Assembly: GCF_009914755.1 (NCBI RefSeq)
Contig: NC_060937.1
DNA: 64,000 nt
Origin: the human T2T-CHM13v2.0 reference genome, Homo sapiens
Direction: 5' to 3' (one strand)
Position 1 is the stretch's first letter. The number at the start of each line of letters is the position of its first letter. Made by a program: the position numbers and the translations under genes. The notes below the pieces were generated by a model. It made no database searches, was not told the DNA's origin, and saw nothing but the letters and a program-made list of their open reading frames with translations. Positions 28,583 through 44,158 of the stretch are shown here, piece by piece.

Positions 28583-29282
28583 CTAGGGACATGTTGAATG
28601 GCGTTGACCAAAATGCTGATAGTGACATGAACAGTAAGGTCCAGGCTGAGGTGGTCTCAGATGGAGATGAAGAACTTGTTGGAAACTTGAGCAAAGATGA
28701 CACTTGTTATGTTTTAACAAAGGGACTGGCAGCATTTTGCCTCTGCCCTAGAGATTTGTGGAACTTTAAACTTGAGAGAGATGATTTAGGGTATCTGGCA
28801 GAAGAAATTTCTAAGCAGCAAAGCATTCAAGAGGTGATTTGGGTGCTGTTAAAGGCATTCTGTTTTAAAAGAGAAACAGCATAAAAGTTTGGAAAATTTG
28901 CAGTCCGGCAATGTGATAGAAAAGAAAATACCATTTTCTGAGGAGAAATTCAAGCCAGCTACAGAAATTTGCATATGTAAACAAGGAGCCAAATGTTAAT
29001 CGCCAAGAAAATAGGGCAAATGTCTCCACGGCATGTCAGAGATCTTTGTGGCAGCCCCTTCCATCACAGGAAAAAAAATGGTTTCATGGGCCGGGCCCAG
29101 GGTCCCTCTGTTGTATCCAGTCTAGAGACTTGGTGCCCTGTGTCCCAGCCATACTAGCCATTACTAAAAGATGCCAAGGTACAGCTCTGGCCATGGCTTC
29201 AGAGAGTACAAGCCCCAAGACTTGGTAGCTTCCACGTGGTGTTGAGCCTGCGGGTGCACACAAGTCAAGAATTGAGGTTTGG

Positions 29283-29570
29283 GGCTGGGCATGGTGGCTC
29301 ACACCTGTAATCCCAGTAGTTTGGGAGGCTGAGGCAGGCAGATCACTGAGTCAGGATTTCTAGACCAGCCTGACCAACATGGTGAAACCCCCTCTCTACT
29401 AAAAATACAAAAATCAGCTGGGCATGGTTGCAGTACCCTGTAATCCCAGCTACTCGGGAGGCTAGGGCAGGAGAATCACTTGAACATGGGGGTAGAGGTT
29501 GCAGTGAACTGAGATCGCACCACTGCACTCCAGCTTGGACAACAGAATGAGACTTCATTTAAAAGAAAAA
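29283..29570 (+). mobile_element. AluS inside THE1 internal region
   Basis: Full dimer; TSD core AATTGAGGTTTG on both sides. Confidence 0.93.
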
Positions 29571-32500
29571 AAATTGAGGTTTGTGAACCTCTGCCTAGAT
29601 TTCAGAGGATGAATGGAAATGCCTGGGTGTCCAGTCAGAAGTTTGCTGCAGGGACGGGGCATTCATGGGGAACCTCTGCTAGGAAAGTGAGGAAGGGAAA
29701 TGTGGGATGGGCACCCCCACATACAGTCCCCACTGGGCTGCTGCCTAGTGGAGCTGTGAGAAAAGGACCACCATCCTGCAGACCCCAGAATGGTAGATCC
29801 ATCGACAGTTTGTACCATGTGCCCAGAAAAGCCACAAACACTCAAGGCCAGCTTGTGAAAGCAGCCAGGAGGGAGGCTATACCCTGCAAAGCCACAGGGG
29901 TGGAGCTGCCCAAGACCATGGGAACCCACCTCTTGCATCAGTGTGACCTGGATGGTGAGAAATGGAGTCAAAGGAAATCATTTTGGAGCTTTCATAGTTG
30001 ACTGCTCCACTGGATTTCAGACTTGCATGGGGCCTTTAGGCCCTTCATTGTGGCCAATTTTTTCCATTTGGAATGGGTGTATTTATCTAATGCCTGTACC
30101 CCTGTTGTATCTAGGAAGTAACTAACTTGCTTTTGATTTTACAGGCTCATAGGCGGAAGGCACTTGCCTTGTCTCAGATGAGACTTTGGATTGTGGACTT
30201 TTGAGTTAATGCTGAAATGACTTAAGACTTTGGAGGTCTGTTGGGAAGACATGGTTGGTTTTAAAATATGAGAACATGAGATTTGGGAGGGGCCAGGGGT
30301 GGAATGATATGGTTTGGCTGTGTCCCCACCCAAATATCATCTTGAATTGTAGCTCCCACAGTTCCCATGTGTTGTGGGAGTGACCTAGTAAGAAGTAATT
30401 GAATCTTGGGGATGGGTCTTTCCTGTGCTATTCTTGTGATAGTGAATAAGTTCCACAAGATCTGATGGTTTTATAAAGGGAGTTTTCCTGCACATGTTGT
30501 CTTCTCTTGTCTGCTACCGTGTGACATGTGCCTTTCACCTTTGGCCATAATTTTGAGTCCTCCCCAGGCAGGTGGAATTGTGAGTCCATTAACCCTCTTT
30601 CTTTTGTAAATTGCCCAGTCTCAGGTATGTTCTTTATCAGCAGTGTGAAAATGGACTAATACAGTGGTCTTGGTTAAGAAACAAAAGAATTTTCTAGATT
30701 ACCAGACAAAGACTTTTATTCTCTTCCTCCACTTTCCCCCAGAGTCTATCTGTCAGTGCTAAACTACCTGGAGCTAGGGGTAGAGTGACATAAGCACCCC
30801 TGTGGCCACCACCAGTGGGACTTTACTGGGTCAGAACCAAAACCAGAAGAGTCCTGGTTCTCATCCTCAGCCTGCAGTGACTATTGGCTGACTACTGCCT
30901 ATGTTCACTGAAAGCTCAAAGGGCTCTACAATCTGCAGATGGCAAAGCCAGCCATACGTGTGTCCTTCCCTTCAGGTAACAGGTTGGTCCAGGCAGGGTT
31001 GGTTCAGAGATACCAGCCAGGAGCTAAATACTAGAGTCACAAGCCTTAGCAATCTGCCTGTTGTTCCATTGTACTGAGGCTGAGCTAGGCACTCACACCA
31101 TGAGACAAAGTCCTTCCCACTCTTTCCTCCCCTTTCCACAGCCAGAGGATCCTCACCCCACGGCCACTGCCACCACAGACCCATAGGAAGTACTACCAGG
31201 CCACCACTGATGTTCCTTTAGGATCCAAGCTCTCTTCAGTTAGCTTGTGGAGACTATTGCTTGGTCTGGGACTCACCCTTCAGTGCAGTGGGGCTCCCTT
31301 TTGGCCCAGGGAAGATTCAGAATGCTATCTAAGAGCCAAAGCCTAGAACTGGGGACACCAGAAGCCCACTTGGTGCTCTAAACCACGTGGCCAAACTGGT
31401 GCCTGAAGTGCAAGACAAAGTCCACTTTACTTTTCCCTTCACTTTTCTCAAGCAGAAGTCTCTCACCGTAGCCAACGCAGCTCACGATGGTCTGGGTCTC
31501 ACCTGAGGCCAGCATGTCAGAGTTTCACCCTTCTCTTCAAGGCAGCAGCTTCCCTTCTGGTCCAGGGTATGTCTAGAAATTTTATCTGGGAGCTGGAGCC
31601 TGGAATGGGGGCCTCACAACTTTGACTGGTGTCTTATTTCACTGTGGATGAGCTAGTATCCAAGATGTAAGACAAAGTCTTCTTTAATCTTTCCTTTCTT
31701 CTCCTCAAGTGGAAGCAAGGGGTCTCTTTTGGAGTCATGAGCTGCGCTGCCTGGAGCTGTGGAAGCAGGTGTGCAAGCACTCCCTTAGCCTGCAGGCTAG
31801 TGTCTCAGTAGGTCATGTGCCCTCCAACTTCACTGGCTCTGAGCCCAGCTCAGCACAAGGATTTGTCTGGGAGTTGCAGTCCTTGTGTCCTAGATTGCCT
31901 TTCAGGTTTATTCATGGCCCCAGGGCACTTTAGCACACAGTGGCAAGACTTGCCAGAACTCAAGTTCCCACTGCTGGGATGTGCAATTTCCTTTTAGTTA
32001 GGGCTGCTCTACATGCTCCCTCTGTGGACAGGTGTCTGCGGAGTTCAGCCTAGTTTTGCTTTTCGCTGTGACAGGGTAGCCCTGAGTTCAATGTAAAGTC
32101 TCACAATCACTGCATTCTTCCTCTCCCAAGTGTACAGATTCTCTCTTTGTGTCATGCAGCTGCTGCTGTAGATTGAGGGAGGAGTGGCATCAGTAACCAA
32201 AGACTATCTTTCCTACCCCTTCAGTGCCTCTTTCTGTGATATGAAGTTAAAACAAGGTATGGTGAGTGCCCACTTCACTTTTGGTTCTTACGAAGGTGCT
32301 TCTTTGTGTGTAGATCGTTGTTAAAGCTGGTGTTCTTGCAGGCGGGACGATCAGTGGAGCCTTCTATTCAGCCATCTTGCTCCACCCTCTCTGCTAGGAA
32401 TTCCCAATCCAGGATTTATCAGCAACCATATGACCATAGGTTATTGACTGTATACTCAAATTATCTCATATTGTTGCCACTATATTTTTGGTGCTAAGCT

Positions 32501-33909
32501 AAATAGTTTTTTCCTGCTTTCCTAGTGATATATATTCAACTAATTTATTGTTAGTCTTAGAGGTTTTTTTCCCCAATTGTTGGCTTTCATACAGCAGAGT
32601 CACTGCAAAATAGAATTTTATAAATAAAACTGTGTCTATAATCTAAAGTGTGCTTATATATCATGGAAGGGTAGGATCGTTGCTCACTGGTTTCTGCGCC
32701 TCAGCACACATACAAATACATGTTACTATATCATTTGAGTAAAAAGGACAATATTATAGAAGAACCTGTAATTTTGAAGGTAAATAAGGAGGACACAGCC
32801 TATTAAGTGCACTGAAATTTGTAAATTGGGTAATTATTCACAACGGGCAGGAACACATTTAAACACTAGTGTAGGCTTTTTAGTCTGAAGGGCAAGGCAA
32901 AGTAATATCACCTGCTGTTAGTTTACAAAAAACATAGAGCTTTGAGAAGTTCAAATATTTGCATCATGAAATAGTTGAAGTCAGGTACTGTAGAAGACAA
33001 AAAGAAAAAAGTGAAAAGTCACAGAAATTAGGAAAAAAAATTATTTTATTGTATAAGAATAACTATTTAATATCTAGTGAATCAGAAAGTTTAAGGTGTT
33101 CGCCCCCTTATATGACAATGTATTAAGAAATATTATCTTTACATTCTGTAAGTGAACAGAATCTAATTTTTATATTTTGCTTTGGCAAAGCCTGTGCGTC
33201 TATTTAATTTTATTTCAAGCATTTAAAGAACAGATTGCTATAGATGTGTGGTAGAAATATTAAGAAATGTGGTTTGTACTTTAAAAGACTTCTTCTAAGG
33301 TCTTAATTTAGGGGCCAGTGTAAGGCAAATTGCTTAAAAGACTAAATTTCCATCTAAATTAAATTCCTTTCAAAATAACAAGAACAAAGCTTAAATTACT
33401 GCAAAGGGAACAATAGTTTGATTACAAAGTCTTTGGGAGTACTATTTTGGAAGTGGTGTCTAGAGCCAATAACTGCCATGCAGCACCCACCTCCGCCTCA
33501 GCTGTTCAGTACTGTTCATAAAACCCAGGCGCTAGGAAGGAAGTTAACCCTTCGGGATTTTTTATCAGTGTACTGCCAAGCCTGATTTCTTTATGTTAAA
33601 GTTTTTAACAAAATAGGAACATTAGAAAAGAAAAGTGTTTTAGTTGAATATTTCCTACTCACTGAACCTCCTCCCAGGAATTATTGGCAGAATGAATGAA
33701 AGTGGAAAAAATTAACATTTCTCCAGGGACTATAGATTTTTTTCAGTAATTCTTTATGTTTTGAATTAAATATACTTGTCATTAAGAAATTTGGAAAAAG
33801 GAACTCACAATGGTTAATAAGGGCCCAAGATCACATGCTTGAAATGTAACAGAATTGAAATTCAATTTCAGATTTGTAATAATTCGAAGTCTGTAATCTT
33901 TATGTTAAT

Positions 33910-35150
33910 ATTTTTTGATGTTATAAAACTATATATGTATTTACAAAATGTCATACATGTGTTATATTTGTATGACATATCATAACATGTATATGCACAT
34001 ACTTAAAGAATAATATTAATTGATATATTTGTACCTACCACTCGGTTTAAGAAATTAAAAATTATCTGTGTTTTTGAAGACTCCTGAATATTGAAATTGC
34101 ATTCACTCTTTCTTCACTCAATGTAACAAATAGCTTCAGTTTTGTTTTAGTCATTTTTTCCTATTTTATATTTCACCAAATGTTTAATCCTTAAACTGCA
34201 TATTCTACACCTGGATCTGTTTTTAAGTGATATAAGTGCTTTATCTATTTTCATCGTCATATTGTACTCCATTTTCTGAAGATACAATTTATGCATTCTT
34301 GAACATTTGGATTGTTTACTTTTTTCTTTCCATTTTTACTGTAAACCATGCTGCTGAGAACATTCTAGTAGATGTCACCTTGTACACATCTGTAACAGTG
34401 CTTTGGTGAATATACAGATTATTGGAATTGCAAGGTCATAGAATATGTCCAACTTTAGCCACACATTAATGCAAAACCGAAAATTTGGGAAAAGCAGTAT
34501 ACAATTTCAGAAACAGAAAAATAGTTTTATTTATTTCATATCCTCACAAACACTTGGCTTTAAAAGACTTTTTATAATTGACTAATTTGGTAGGTGTGGA
34601 AAAAATGTGTCACTGTTTTTCATTTTTATATTATTGGAATTAAATATTTTAAAAAATCTTTTCATATAATTTTCTTTTTTTCTTTTACATTTGAGGATAG
34701 CCAAATGCTTATTTACATTTTTACCCATTTTTTCTATTGAGTTGTTAATTTTTTCCTCAACGATTATCATAATTCTTTTTTTTGAGACAGAACCTTGCTC
34801 TGTCACCCAGGCTGGAGTGCAGCAGTGGCGTGATCTCGGCTTACTGAAAGCTCCGCCTCCCAGGTTTAAGCAATTCTCCTGCCACAGCCTCCCGAGTGGC
34901 TGGGACTACAGGCGCATGCCACCTCACTGGCTAATTTTTTGTATTTTTAGTAGAGACAGGGTTTCACTGTGTTAGCTAGGATGATCTCGATCTTCTGACC
35001 TCGTGATCCTGGCCTCTGCCTCCCAAAGTGCTGGGCTTAGAGGCATGAGCCACTGCACCTGGCCGATTATTATAATTCTTTATATCATAGATATTAAACT
35101 TTCTGCAGTCCCATATGCAGCAGGCTCTTCTACTCGGGCGTGAGTAGTGT
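33910..35150 (-). mobile_element. Old L1ME-type 3' fragment
   Basis: GAACATTTGGATTGTTT...CATGCTGCTGAGAACATTCT, CATATCCTCACAAACACTTGG. Confidence 0.65.
34776..35064 (-). mobile_element. AluS/AluY-like element
   Basis: Full dimer; TSD GATTAT(C/T)ATAATTCTTT. Confidence 0.93.
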
Positions 35151-35810
35151 TTTGTCTTGTTTTCTTAATTAAATTTTAATTTGAACTCAGTGTGGATTGA
35201 CCTTCACTTGAGGGAAATAATACAGAGAGATCTTGCATACCATTTCCCTAATTCCCCTTTATGGTAACATCTTGCAAAAATATACTACAATATCATAACC
35301 AAGGTATTGACATTGATACAGTCAAGATACAGAACATTTCCATCAACACATGGATTCTTCATGTTCTTTTGTAACCACATCCAGTTCCCACTTGCCCCAT
35401 CCCCTTTTTAATCCCTGGCAACTAGCGGTCTTTTCTCAATTCCTATAATTTTGTCGTTTCAGGAATGTTATATAAAGAGGATAGAGCTGCATGTAGCCTT
35501 CTGAATTGGCTTTTGTCACTCAGCATAATTACCTGTAGGCTCATTAAGTTTTTGTGTGTATTAGGAGCTCCTTCTGTTTTATTATTGAGTAGTGTTCTGT
35601 CGAATGGATCTATCTTATTTGTTTAACCATTCATCCATTGAAGGTCCTCTGGGTTTTTTTTCTAGTTTTTATTAATATAAATAAAGCTACTATTAACATT
35701 TGAGTACAGGTTTTTGTGTGAACCTGAGAACCTGTGTTTTTACTGCTCTGGGATAAAAGATAAATATCCAAGAATGTGATAACTGGGTTTTATGATAGCA
35801 GCATATTTAA

Positions 35811-36108
<298 letters not shown>

Positions 36109-36196
36109 TATTTAATTTTTATTAAGAAACTGACAAACTGTTTTCATTGTGGCCATAATATTTTACATTCCTACTAGCAATATATTATTTATCTAG

Positions 36197-36593
<397 letters not shown>

Positions 36594-38962
36594 TAATTTG
36601 TATTTCTCTGTCATTCATGATGTTGAACATCATTTCATGTGCTCCTTTGACATGTGTATATCCTCTTAATTGAAATGTCTCTTCAGGACTTTGGCCTATT
36701 TTCTGGATGGGCTATTGGATTTTTTAATGTAGAGTTTTGAGAGTTCTTTATGTATTCTAGATACCAATCCCTTTTTGGATATGTAAATGCAATATTTTCT
36801 TCCAGAAAAAGTTTGAAGATTTTAAAAATTGTTTTCTGCTTGCTTTCTCTTTTTCTTGTTCCTCTGTTTTCTTTTCTTTCATCCTTTTGTGCTACTGGAA
36901 CATATTTTTAAAATTTCATCTTGACTTTGTAAATAATGTTTATCCCTTTGTGTAGGTTTCTTGGTGGTTATTCTGAGTATTACAATATTATTACAATATA
37001 AATATATAACTTATCACAGCCTAAACATTCAAGTTTTATGACTTTGAGTGAAGTATTTAGGACTTGCTTCTATTGAGGCTATTTTACCTTCCTGCTTTGT
37101 CTTGAAAATTATAATTTCTTAGACTGCGTTAAAATTTTTATTTCAATCATCACATACATTTTAGATCATGGTATAATTTCTGTTTTAATCACTACATATG
37201 ATTTAGAAAACCTATGATGAGGATAATCTATGTATTTACCCACAGTTCTGCTCCTTCTGTTGCTGTTTTTTTTTTTCTTCCTGATGTTTCCAGACTTCTT
37301 CTTTCACCATTTCCTTTCCTTTTAAAGAATTTTCTGTAACCATTCTTTAAGGATAGATCTGCAATTGACAAATTATTTTACATTCTATTTGTCTGAAAAT
37401 GTCTTTATTTCTACTTCATTCTTGCTGGATTGTTGTAGCTGATATACAATCCATGGTTGGTAGTTCTCTGCTTTCAGTGTTTGAAAAATGTTGTGCTACT
37501 TCCTTCTGGTCTTCACAGATTCACATGAGAAATCCACTGTTTTTAAAATCAGTGTTACATCTAGGTAATATGGTATTTATCTCAGGCTGCTGTCAAGACT
37601 TTTGGTCTTTAGTTTTTAGAAGTTTAACTGTGATAGTTCCTAGTGCAAACTTCTTTTGGTTTATTTTAATGAATACCTGGTTGGGAGATGAGGGAGAACA
37701 TTCTGGAGCTAAAACCCATGAAGCGTGGGGGCCCCCATAAAACTTTAGCCCCCAGGAGTATCTCACTTTCAGGCTAGCCCACTTCTTCTCTAAGAATTCT
37801 TCAGAGGCACCATACACATATTCTGACTAGTTTGTGGCTCTAGCGACTTCGGCTTTCGGTAAGCTGATCTTAGCTGTAATTCCCTTATTGATCTGTCTCT
37901 GTAGACTTTGTGGTGACCTGAATTCTGAAAGATTGAAGAAAAGTCATTGAATTTCAGTCTTCTTAGCTTTTTCCTTTGCTAGAATGAGAGTGATGACTTT
38001 AAACTCTATATGTTGAAGCTGAAACCCAAAGTCCTATCATCTTTCTTTGTATTTATTTCCATATGTACCAAGTATAGCAACTTTGAATAATGATGAATTC
38101 CCTTTTACCTTACAATTCTTCTCATTTTCATCTATTTTTCTTGTCTTATTTCGCTAGCTAGTATTTACAGCACAATGTTAAATAGAAAGGGTGAGAGCTG
38201 GTTGTCTTGACTCATTACTGATATCAAAGGAAATATTTTTAAATTTTACCATTTAGTGTATTATGAACTATTGGCATTTTTGTAGATATCTTTTTTGAGG
38301 TAAAAAGTAGCCCAAGTATTATTTTAGCTCTGAATAATTATTATAAATTGATATGTTGCTTTATCAAATGCTGTTACTATAATCGTTGAATTATGCATCA
38401 GTTAATACATTTATATGTATTTTAATGATGAACTAATTTTTCACTTCAGGAATTAATCCAATTCTGATATAATTTGTACCCATATCTGAATTCAGCTTGC
38501 CATTATTTTGTTTAGTATTTATATATGCATGTTTGCTAGCCTATATTTTGTCTTTTTGTAAAATTTTTGTCAGACTTTTATGTTAATATTATACTAAGTT
38601 AATGAGTTTCAGTGGTCTTTTTATATATTTTGAAAGTCTTTGTATAAGAACTATCTTTTTTTTTTTACATTTTGGAAAGAACTTGGCTATAAAACCTTTG
38701 TATTACTGCTTCTTCATTTATAGAAATATTTTAAACTACTGATGCAATTTTCCTAAAGGTTAAAGGTACCATTTTTATTTGTTCTTGAATGCTTTGACAC
38801 ATATTTTTCTAGAATTTTTTCCATTTTTTTCTTGTTTCTAAATATATTGGCATAAAGGTATTTCTTCTAATATTTTCTTATTATCTGTTCAAGTTACTCA
38901 GGATCTATAATATTGTTCCTTTTTATATTACTAATATTAATTATTTTACTTTTTCTTTCACT

Positions 38963-39777
<815 letters not shown>

Positions 39778-40088
39778 TATTCTTTATCTACCTTTCTTTT
39801 CTTTGCTTTTATTTTGTGATTCTTTTTCTAACATTTTATGTTGATTATACTTCATTAATTTTCTTCTTAAAAAACACAATATCTTCTTAAGATTAAGATG
39901 TATTTATATTTCATAAATTTTTATGATTTTATGATTGTTTTACACAATGTATTTTAACATATCTATGTAGGTCTCTTTTTCATTGTTAGAATTTTAAAAA
40001 TTTTTCAATTAAATGAGAATTATACAGTTATATTTTTATTAGTAATTCTGTCTTCATTTCATTTTGGTGGGTGAATAAATTATGTATG

Positions 40089-40450
40089 TGATATGTTTTG
40101 GCTGTATCCCCACCCAAATCTCATCTTGAATTGTAGCTCCCATAATTCCCACGTGTTGTGGGAGAGAGCCGGTGCGAGAGAATTAAATCATGGGGGCGGT
40201 TTCCTCCATACTATTCTCGTGGTAGTGATTAAGTCTCATAAGATCTGATGATTTTATAAAGGGAAATCCCTTTTACTTGGTTCTCATTCTCTTTTTGCCT
40301 GCCCTCATGTAAGATGTGCCTTTTGCCTTCCACCATGATTGTGAGGCCTCCCCAGCCAAGTGGAACTGTGACTCCATTAAACCTCTTTCCTTTATAAATT
40401 ACCCAGTCTCAGGTATGTATTTCTCAGCAGCGTGAAAACGCACTAATACA
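40089..40450 (+). mobile_element. THE1D-like MaLR solo LTR
   Basis: TGATATGTTTTGGCTGTATCCCCACCCAAATCTCATCTTGAATTGTAGCTCCC...ATAAATTACCCAGTCTC...CTAATACA. Confidence 0.93.
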
Positions 40451-41049
40451 ACATGATATGTAGCTCATTTGAAATGTTTAAGACATAATTTATGCCATAG
40501 CATGTGGTCATTTTTTATACTTGTTTCTTTTTGTAATTCTCATTTTATAAGTGTTCTGAAGAGAAAGTTTACTCATTTTTTGTGAACTGATTTATATTGT
40601 CCATAGTCTCAATTACTGTGAGAAACGAATTTAAAATATACCAATATAATGATGGATTTGATCATTCCTCTATTTTGTTTTATACAGCCAATTTTATTAG
40701 ACTTAATCACAGTTTGCTTCTTTCTTGGTTTGTGTTATGCTTTCTTGCATGTCAGACCTTGCTTCTTGCACCTTTTCCTCCTTTTGAAACTATTTTTTTG
40801 GTATTTCTTTAACGACAGACTTATGGCAATTAAGGTTTTATTTTTCTGATTATGTCCCTGTGTTCTCCATATTCTGGAAATAGAGTTTCCTTGGTATGAA
40901 ATTCTAGGATGACAGTTGTTTGATACTGGAGTTATAATTTTACTGGTTTTGAACTGGCTTCCGTTATTGCTTTGAAAATCCTGTGTCTACTTGTAGCCTG
41001 TTACTCTCCTTACGATTTGTTAGGATATCTGAATGACAAGTTTGGTATC

Positions 41050-41719
41050 TTAAGTAGGCAGAATAATGGTCCCCAAAAGATGCCCCTGTCTTAATTTCCA
41101 GAAACTGTAAATGTTTTATATGACATGACAAAAGAAAACTGAAGTTGCAGATGGAATTAAGGTTGCTAATCCTTGAGATGTGAAGGTTATCCTGGGTTAA
41201 TTGCGGGGGCCCAAGGTAAAGGCCAGGATCTTTGAAATTGAAAGATGAAGGCAGGAGAGTCAGCGTCAGGGTCGAAAAGAGCTATGCTGCTTGTGTTGAA
41301 GATGGAAAAGGAAACAGTGAGTCAAGGTACGTGGGCAGTCTCTGAAAGCTGGGAGAAGAAAGGAAACATTCTTTGCTAGAGCCTCCAGAAAGAACGCAGC
41401 CCTGCAGACAGCTCAGTTTCAGCCCCATGAAGCCTCGTGAAGCCCCGTGAAGCCACGTGAAATCCCGTGAAATCCCGTGAAGCCCCTTGAAATACTGTGA
41501 AATCCCGTGAAACCCTGTGAAGCCCCAGAAAACCCCCCTGAAGCCCCGTGAAGCCCTGTGAAATCCCGTCAAGCCCCGTGAAGCCCCGTGAAACCCCGTG
41601 AAGCCCCTTTTTGGCTTCTAACCTCCAGAACTTTAAGATAATAAATGCCTGTTAAGTTTCTAAGTTTGTGGTAATTTGGAAATGAGAATAGTCATTCAGA
41701 AACAAAGAAAGTTAATACA
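41050..41719 (+). mobile_element. MLT1C/D-like MaLR LTR containing a minisatellite
   Basis: GTAGGCAGAATAATGGTCCCCAAAAGATG, GTTGCAGATGGAATTAAGGTTGCTAAT, CTAGAGCCTCCAGAAAGAACGCAGCCCTGC, ending TAATACA. Confidence 0.88.
41421..41607. repeat. 10-bp minisatellite, consensus AGCCCCGTGA, about 18-19 copies
   Basis: Direct inspection; variants include AATCCCGTGA and AACCCTGTGA. Confidence 0.97.
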
Positions 41720-42033
41720 GTATCCTTCATCAGTTCTGGAAAGTCTCAACTATTTTCTCTGCAAAGTTTTTCTACCTGATTCTCTCCATGCTTTATTCTT
41801 GAAATTGGTTTAATAAATGTTATGTCTTCAGCTTTGTCCTACAATTTGCTAAAATCTGTTATTTAATGTTTTTGTATCTTTGCTCTGAGTTCTGTATAGT
41901 TTATTCTGATGTTCTCTTTACAGGTATCTAATGTGCTCTTTAAAATATTCACCCAATTTTTTGTATGTTTACATTTTCTAGAGTTCTAATCTTTTTTCTT
42001 TTTTCTCTATAGAATCCACTATATGTATGTATA

Positions 42034-42097
42034 TGGATAGATAGATAAATATCTAGATAGATTAGATATACATATCTACATAGGTAAATAAATACAT

Positions 42098-42143
<46 letters not shown>

Positions 42144-42160
42144 GTGGAGAGAGAGAGAGA
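42034..42160. repeat. (GATA)n STR region with about 11 uninterrupted units at 42099-42143, then (GA)n
   Basis: Direct inspection; sits at the tail position of the adjacent AluJ. Confidence 0.95.
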
Positions 42161-42423
42161 ATGAATTTCTCTGTTGTCCAGACTGGAGCATAGCTCATTG
42201 CAGCCCTGAACTTCTGGGTTTAAGCAAGCCTCCCACCTCAGTTTCCTTAGTAGCTGGGACTACAGGCACGAGCCACCATACCTGGATAATTTCTGTATTT
42301 TTTGTAGAGACAGTAGTTTCGCTATGTTGCCTAGGGTAGTCTCAAACCCCTAGGCATAAGCAATTCTGCTGCCTTGGCCTCCCAAAGTGCTAGGATTACA
42401 GGCATGAGCCACCACAGCTGGCC
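42160..42423 (-). mobile_element. AluJ
   Basis: ATAGCTCATTGCAGCCCTGAACTTCTGGG, TTTTTTGTAGAGAC, CTATGTTGCCTAGG. Confidence 0.9.
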
Positions 42424-43599
42424 TACATGGTCATTTTCATAGTCTTTTCCTCGCTGTCTCTTTTTTTGAAATACTACTGACAATTTTATTTTTTAGCTCT
42501 TCAAACATACTAAGTAAATGAATTTTCATTTAATTCAATGTTAATTCTGACATTGTAGTCTGAAAATCTGGTTATCCAGTTTGTGTTTCAAAACAGTCCC
42601 ACTTACGGTTTTGCATTTATTCTAGCATTTTGCTATTTTGTTATTTTCTTGAAGCCTCTGATTTTTGGAACCTTATCTGTGCCAATGTTTTGAAACCTAG
42701 GCTTGAATTTAGTTATGCCTCACAGGAATTATATTTGCTTCTTTTCAATATTTATGAGTACAAATCAACCTAGCATTAGCTTATATTTTAGTTTGGGTTT
42801 TTCTAGAGGGGAATCCACAAAGATTTTTTTGATTGACATTTCAAACCTTCACAAAAGTGGGCTTGGATTGTAGTTAGAAACTTTCAGAAAGACATTTTCC
42901 TTCAGAACTATGATTGAGAAAGGTAGCTATCTCCACCGTCTACAAAGAGGATGTTTTTGTTGTGGTGGTTTTGTTGTTTTTATGTTGCTGTTGTTAACAG
43001 TGTTGGCTGTGTCTTTTCTCATGTGTCTCAGCTTTCTGTGAGAATGTCTGATCAAGCTGCCCACTTTGTGCTGGCCCTAGGTTCTACACTACATGTGTTT
43101 CATGGAATCCTATGAAGACAAAAGTTCTGGGTCATTAGGTTGGGAGATGCCACCACAAGCAAACAGCAGTTTTAGTGTCTGTTTTTCTTACTAAATTCTC
43201 ACTTTCATGTTGTTTATGACCCCAGAATATTTCTTTATTTTCTTGACACATCTATGCTTACAAAAGGACATTCTTCAATATTTTGCCCTGATGTTTTATT
43301 ATTCTAAACAAGAAGATTTTATGGAATGTAGTCCACTGACATGCTAGAAATATCTCCAAGTTTATGTGTTTCAAGCCAAAGTAGAATGAGAAACATTCTG
43401 AAGTAGTTTCTGAAGTCTTTCTCTTCTAATCATAAAATTTAACAATTGTGATTGTGGATGCTGAGTCCTCTGCATTTAGTTCTTTCCCCCTACATCAAAA
43501 ATTTTTATTGGATGAAATTATATAACCTCTAAGATTTGTCTCAAAATTTTTTGAGTATGGAGAAAGTGGATGAAATGTGGATGAAACCAGAGTGGACAG

Positions 43600-43710
43600 A
43601 GTGAATGGGTCATGGTCGAAGGTGGGTGATGGGTACGTGGGGATTCGTTGTATTTTTCTTTCTCCTTCATGAAATAAATTTAAAATTTCCATAATAAATG
43701 GTTACAAATA
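43600..43710 (+). mobile_element. L1ME-type 3' terminus
   Basis: GGGTGATGGGTACGTGGGGATTCGTT...AAAATTTCCATAATAAA. Confidence 0.6.
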
Positions 43711-44158
43711 AATAACACTTCTGAAATCCTACTATGAGTCCATGCTTTGGAATATACAGAAGGGAATTCCTTTTCAATTTAGTAAATAGAATGAATCATC
43801 TTCAGTCTATTCATCATCTAATATAGTATCTGGCAGAGTGCTTAGTGATTATTGATGAAAATAAACATTCTAAACAGCTAAAAACATTTGATAAATATGA
43901 ACTTTTATATACAAATCTGAAAAGAGCTTGAATATAAAACATATTAAAAATTGTAATTATCCAAGATTAAGCCCTGAAAAGTAGAGCCAGACTGTTCCTT
44001 AACTTTTTAATCTTTTGATCTTAGACTTTATTGAAGAACTACAAGATTAAGTCATTACCAAATAGATATACGATTTTAGTGAAAATATCACTTATGCAAC
44101 TTATAAAAATGACTAGACATCAATTTTTCTATGGCAATAATTATCCTTAAACTTAGTA

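Noticed and set aside
33948-33978. 10-bp hairpin ATGTCATACA/TGTATGACAT
   Set aside because: Lies in AT-alternating low-complexity L1 tail sequence where such stems are common.
41282-41572. 96-aa repetitive ORF, and an array that superficially suggests CRISPR
   Set aside because: Translation of a head-to-tail 10-bp minisatellite; no spacers, no cas genes, primate DNA.
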